Of a stretch of DNA of 12,058 nt, positions 8,165 to 12,058 are shown in pieces; position 1 is the stretch's first letter, and each line of letters opens with the position of its first letter. Source of the stretch: Fusobacteriota bacterium (GTDB lineage: Bacteria; Fusobacteriota; Fusobacteriia; Fusobacteriales; JBNJFI01); NCBI GenBank assembly GCA_051746725.1, contig JBNJFI010000063.1, positions 1 to 12,058 of the forward strand. The letters run 5' to 3'. Made by a program: the position numbers and the translations under genes. The notes below the pieces were generated by a model. The model searched no databases, was not told the origin of the DNA, and worked only from the letters and a program-made list of their open reading frames with translations.

Positions 8165-8178
8165 TGTAAACGTTTACA
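8165..8178. promoter_or_regulatory. Second LacI-family operator (autoregulatory site)
   Basis: Perfect 14-bp palindrome TGTAAACGTTTACA, identical to 7066-7079, 8 bp upstream of the -35 hexamer. Confidence 0.85.
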
Positions 8179-8210
8179 CTTACATATTAAAAAAATTTAG
8201 TTCTTCTTTT

Positions 8211-8244
8211 ATAAAGGTGTGGATTTGTCTATACACACCTTTAT
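8211..8244 (-). terminator. Probable terminator hairpin downstream of the cupin-like gene
   Basis: 11-bp inverted repeat ATAAAGGTGTG / CACACCTTTAT with a 12-nt loop, 21 nt past the stop; the U-tract is short. Confidence 0.6.
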
Positions 8245-8265
8245 TATAATATCAGAAATATTTAA

Positions 8266-8793
8266 TTAATATTGATCCCTGTGACCCTCTCTTAGTACTT
8301 CATATTCTCCCGTTTCAGTATTCAAATCATAGATATTGAAATTTGTATCTATATCAAATCCCTCTGACCTAACTGCAAAATTAACAGAGGCCGAGCCATC
8401 TTTTTCGGATACAATTCTATGAAATACATTAGTAGACCATGCTAATATGGCTCCTCCTTCGTGAATAACCTTTCCATTTTTCATTATTTTATTTGGCTCG
8501 ACAACAAATTTTTCGATTTTTCCGTGGTCTGATGAATATAGATCAACATTTCTCGTACCTTGTAAAACTATTAAATTATCTGCCTGACATGGATGCATAT
8601 ACCATGGTCTCTTAACTCCTTTAGTTCTTCCAGGAGAATTAGCTCCACTTTCATGAATAACTCTATCTATTGAAGCTGCGTTTGGAATATCTTCCCCAGT
8701 TAATACATCAAATTTAACTCCTTTGGTTTTTCTAAATAAATCTAAAGTATAAATCTTATAAAATCCTTCTACTTCTTCAATTATTTCTGACAT
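8266..8793 (-). CDS. Conserved hypothetical RmlC-like cupin-fold protein
   Basis: 'WYMHPCQADNLIVLQGTRNVDL' (cupin motif 1-like) and 'WSTNVFHRIVS...SASVNFA' (motif 2-like); GAGGAG RBS. Confidence 0.65.
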   Translation of the reverse strand: MSEIIEEVEGFYKIYTLDLFRKTKGVKFDVLTGEDIPNAASIDRVIHESGANSPGRTKGVKRPWYMHPCQADNLIVLQGTRNVDLYSSDHGKIEKFVVEPNKIMKNGKVIHEGGAILAWSTNVFHRIVSEKDGSASVNFAVRSEGFDIDTNFNIYDLNTETGEYEVLREGHRDQY

Positions 8794-8836
8794 ATTATCA
8801 CTCCTCTATGAGATAAATTAATTACTTCTATATAAT

Positions 8837-8876
8837 ATATACTTAAAAAAATCGATTTTCCTTTTTTTAAGTATAT
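8837..8876. repeat. 15-bp perfect AT-rich inverted repeat
   Basis: ATATACTTAAAAAAA (8837-8851), 10-nt spacer, TTTTTTTAAGTATAT (8862-8876). Confidence 0.75.
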
Positions 8877-8895
8877 TCATATTATTAAAACCTCA

Positions 8896-9096
8896 TTAAA
8901 AAGTTATTTTTATATTCATATCAGCTCTATACTCACCATATTCGTTACTTATTAAATTATATTCTGTTCCATTATCCCCAAACATATAATACGGAATAAA
9001 ACTCATTTTGACATTATTATCATACAAATAATCAAGGATAATTACTCCTGCACCACTTCGATCATTTAAATTATAATGAGTACACTGTAATATCAG
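8896..9096 (-). pseudogene. 5'-truncated remnant encoding the C-terminus of an outer-membrane beta-barrel-like protein
   Basis: Open frame 9108-8896 missing from the ORF track: LILQCTHYNLNDRSGAGVIILDYLYDNNVKMSFIPYYMFGDNGTEYNLISNEYGEYRADMNIKITF, then TAA TGA. It ends in a beta-signal-like 'MNIKITF' and has no signal peptide or ATG at its 5' end. Confidence 0.6.
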
Positions 9097-9115
9097 TTTT
9101 TCCCTCTCTTAAAAT

Positions 9116-11098
9116 TTAATTTTTTAAAAGTTCCACTGAATTTTTCAACTTTTCAAATCTATCTTCTATAACTTCATCTTTTTTGCCCTCCAACACCATA
9201 GTTAGAGTATAACCTTCATCTTCAAAGTCTTCTTCCAAAACTCCACCAATTATAGTACTTCCTTCACTAAAATAAAAGTCTTCATTGTATGGATATTTTG
9301 CCTGTGCCACATCTTCCCACCAATCAAAGTATTTACGACTAAGAGCTTTTACTGGTTTTTTATGCCTTTCATAATAAAATAAATTATCATAACTCTCATC
9401 TTCAGATATTAAAATTTCAGATATCCCTTCTTCATAAATATTTCCTTTTTTATAATATCCTCCATGCACTAGTAATAAACTTTCATCATTAAAATCTAAT
9501 ATGTTGTCATTAATTCCTAACCTTATATTATCATTTTTATAAAATAGAGTGTCAGTCTCAAACTTAAAATCCGAATTTTTTAAAACCTGTGGAACATACT
9601 TATCTTGTTTTCCATACTCCTTCCAATCATTAAAGTCTCCAGAATACGTACAATATACATATTTAGCCAACTTTTTAAAGTCATAAAGCATATAATCGGT
9701 ATTATAAGTCCCATTGAAAGATATCATCGATATTACTCCATCTGGAACAGGTAATGACATAGTTAAAAATTGAGTATCATTATATTCAAAGTTCCATTTT
9801 CTTATTATCCATTTTCTTCCAAATTCATCTATATAAAAACTTTTAAAATCCTCTTTTCCAGCTGAAGTAATTCTTATGCTTTCATTTGCAACATTTCTAT
9901 ATACTGGAATTCCTTCTAATAAATAATCGAAAAAAATCTCTCCATCTTCATATAGTTTTTGTAATGATATATCTTTTGGTCTTTTTAATTTAGATAAAAT
10001 TAATCCATTTATTATTCCGTAAGAAACTCGACCTTCCTCTTTTAATTGTGTTTCATTTATTTCCTTAGGTTCAAACAGTCCCCATTTTTTATCTTCCTTT
10101 TGAGATATTAAAGATGGAAATACAGAATCCCAATTTGAATATAATAATTCCAAAGAGTTTTCTCCGTTTGGAAACATATCTTTTTCATAGTCATCGATTA
10201 GTTTATCTATATTTTTTTTGTAATCTTTTTTATAGTTTTTTACCAATTCTTTTTGTAATTTATCAAAACTTTTAGGAAGATCTGTTGTGTAATCATATAC
10301 AGAATTATTTATCTCTCTAAAATTTTGTAATCCATATTTTAATCGATAATGTACAACTGCCTTATTTTCAGGACTTTCATCCACCATTCCTATAGGTAAA
10401 GCGTAATTTAAATTTTCATTTGGAGACTTTCTTAATACTACTCCAATTATATCTCCTTCTTTGTTTAATAAGGGTCCCCCGCTATTTCCTGGCGATGCTG
10501 GAGCAGAAAATCTTATCCAAGACCATTCTCCATTTTCTTCTTCTGGAGTTTTTGAAGTGAAATATCCACTTCTTATAACAATATCTTCTCCAAGTGCATT
10601 ACCAACAGACACAACAGATTGATTTACTTCTGGGTTAGTATTGATTTTTAATCTATTCTCTACTGTTATCCCTTCCACATCAAAAACTGCAAAATCTTTC
10701 TGTGAAGAATATTTATATATATTATTTATTTTATATACCTTATCATTTTTAGATCGTATGTAATAATTACTATTTTGCGTTTCATACTCTAAACCTAATA
10801 CATGAGCTGCTGTTACAAATCTATCTTCAGATATAGCAAAAGCTGTTCCTATCGGAATATATTTATCTTTTCTTATTGTGTATGGAATATCATTAAGTGG
10901 TAACTCTTTTTCATATGTTAGATCATCATCTACTGGTTTTAACTTTACTACTTCAAATACCGAACTATTTATTTTTTCTAAAACCTCTTTTGGCATAACT
11001 ACTCCAGATGGAGTAGCAGTCTGACCCCTTTTTTGAGTAGAACACCCCAGCACAAAAATTGTTAATAATATTAATATAAGTTTACTTTTTTTATTCAC
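9116..11098 (-). CDS. Lipoprotein with N-terminal trypsin-like (S1/Trypsin_2) serine protease domain and a long uncharacterised C-terminal region
   Basis: Catalytic triad motifs FVTAAHV, KDFAVF, SPGNSGGPL; lipobox VLG-C. Start reassigned from 11131 to GTG 11098 (GGAG at 11105-11108), which removes the overlap with plsC and gives a canonical lipoprotein signal. Confidence 0.85.
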   Translation of the reverse strand: MNKKSKLILILLTIFVLGCSTQKRGQTATPSGVVMPKEVLEKINSSVFEVVKLKPVDDDLTYEKELPLNDIPYTIRKDKYIPIGTAFAISEDRFVTAAHVLGLEYETQNSNYYIRSKNDKVYKINNIYKYSSQKDFAVFDVEGITVENRLKINTNPEVNQSVVSVGNALGEDIVIRSGYFTSKTPEEENGEWSWIRFSAPASPGNSGGPLLNKEGDIIGVVLRKSPNENLNYALPIGMVDESPENKAVVHYRLKYGLQNFREINNSVYDYTTDLPKSFDKLQKELVKNYKKDYKKNIDKLIDDYEKDMFPNGENSLELLYSNWDSVFPSLISQKEDKKWGLFEPKEINETQLKEEGRVSYGIINGLILSKLKRPKDISLQKLYEDGEIFFDYLLEGIPVYRNVANESIRITSAGKEDFKSFYIDEFGRKWIIRKWNFEYNDTQFLTMSLPVPDGVISMISFNGTYNTDYMLYDFKKLAKYVYCTYSGDFNDWKEYGKQDKYVPQVLKNSDFKFETDTLFYKNDNIRLGINDNILDFNDESLLLVHGGYYKKGNIYEEGISEILISEDESYDNLFYYERHKKPVKALSRKYFDWWEDVAQAKYPYNEDFYFSEGSTIIGGVLEEDFEDEGYTLTMVLEGKKDEVIEDRFEKLKNSVELLKN

Positions 11099-11112
11099 TT
11101 TATTCTCCCCAT

Positions 11113-11910
11113 CTAAATATTTTTTTCCCAATTTTCCATGTTTTTACTAATAAATTCCTTTATTTGCTTATTTTCTTTGCTTCCTCTTCCTTCTATTTTT
11201 ATTGGTTTACCAAATTTTATATATACTGTTCTATCTCGTTTAATCGGTCCCATATCTTTCATTATCCCTTTTCCCTCTTCCCAAAAATCAGTTTTTATAG
11301 CAACAGGAACAACTTTTTTACCTGCTTTTTTGGCTAGTTTCACTCCTAAACTATTAAAATTCTTAGGTTCAAACTCTACATGTCTTGTTCCTTCAGGAAA
11401 TAGTAATACAGAAGTCCCGTTTTGCAATTTTTCAACACCTTCAGTTAAAACCGTTTTTAGATCCTCTCTGGAATTTTCTCTTTCCACCACTATTGGATCT
11501 CTGGATTTTAATATTGGAGCCAAAAAAGGGTGAGAAACTAAACTCTTTTTTACCACAAATGTCATTGGTATAGATGGTGCTATCATACATGGTAAAATCA
11601 TTGTTTCTAAAGTACTCATATGATTACTTGCGAATACAACTGGTTCTTTTAAATTAAAAATATTTTCTAATCCACTTATATTATATTTGCCTCCACAATC
11701 TTCAACAATCTTAAAAATATTATAAGATGATTTTGCCCATTCCTTGGCATCATAATTACCCTTTTTTGCTTTAGACCTATTTTTCATTATGATATAGCAA
11801 TATTTAGCTACAAAATATCCCCTTGTATTAAAAAATAACTTATCCAAAAATTTTCTCTTATTATCTTCAGGAGTAACATAACTATCTGAGTTAAAATATT
11901 TATTCCCCAT
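11113..11910 (-). CDS. plsC: 1-acyl-sn-glycerol-3-phosphate acyltransferase family (lysophospholipid acyltransferase)
   Basis: FASNHMSTLE (block I variant), FVVKKSL, VER, LLFPEGTR, VVPVAI. Confidence 0.88.
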   Translation of the reverse strand: MGNKYFNSDSYVTPEDNKRKFLDKLFFNTRGYFVAKYCYIIMKNRSKAKKGNYDAKEWAKSSYNIFKIVEDCGGKYNISGLENIFNLKEPVVFASNHMSTLETMILPCMIAPSIPMTFVVKKSLVSHPFLAPILKSRDPIVVERENSREDLKTVLTEGVEKLQNGTSVLLFPEGTRHVEFEPKNFNSLGVKLAKKAGKKVVPVAIKTDFWEEGKGIMKDMGPIKRDRTVYIKFGKPIKIEGRGSKENKQIKEFISKNMENWEKNI

Positions 11911-11949
11911 TTTTTACCTACTTTCTTATAATTTTTAGATTTTTAAACT

Positions 11950-12057
11950 TCAAAAAAGGACTCCAATTTCTGCTAAAACTAAAGGTCCTAACTCTTGAAC
12001 TTCAAAATCATATAAACCATTAATACTGCTTCCAATAAAAGTTCCATTATTAAAAAT
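11950..12057 (-). CDS. 3' end of an upstream gene, probably an outer-membrane beta-barrel protein (partial)
   Basis: Hand translation: IFNNGTFIGSSINGLYDFEVQELGPLVLAEIGVLF, stop TGA at 11950-11952; amphipathic last strand ending in Phe. Confidence 0.55.
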   Translation of the reverse strand: MFNNGTFIGSSINGLYDFEVQELGPLVLAEIGVLF

Positions 12058-12058
12058 A

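Noticed and set aside
11099..11131. ATG start at 11131 for the protease, overlapping plsC
   Set aside because: GTG at 11098 has a well-spaced GGAG and yields a canonical lipoprotein signal peptide.
11138..11573. Plus-strand ORFs 11138-11533 and 11385-11573
   Set aside because: Antisense shadows of plsC.

Overview
This is a very AT-rich bacterial window with every credible gene on the minus strand. Several outer-membrane beta-barrel genes and a lipoprotein point to a low-GC diderm, possibly Fusobacteriota-like (inference). In transcription order (right to left) it holds: the 3' end of a probable OM protein, a PlsC-type acyltransferase, a trypsin-like serine-protease lipoprotein, an unannotated 5'-truncated OM-protein remnant, a cupin-like protein, a LacI repressor, a protein-kinase/APH-fold phosphotransferase, a MalT-like STAND-LuxR regulator, a 76-aa conserved small protein, an alpha/beta hydrolase, a GNAT acetyltransferase, a small OM beta-barrel, and the 5' part of an Omp85/BamA-TamA-like barrel gene. 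The best signals are regulatory. Two identical perfect palindromes (TGTAAACGTTTACA) flank lacI and tie it to the kinase-like gene. A lux-box-like imperfect palindrome and direct repeat sit at about -42.5 of a promoter lacking a -35 element downstream of the MalT-like gene, and the same motif is reused in that gene's terminator. I saw no CRISPR array, RNA gene, mobile element or recognisable defence system.
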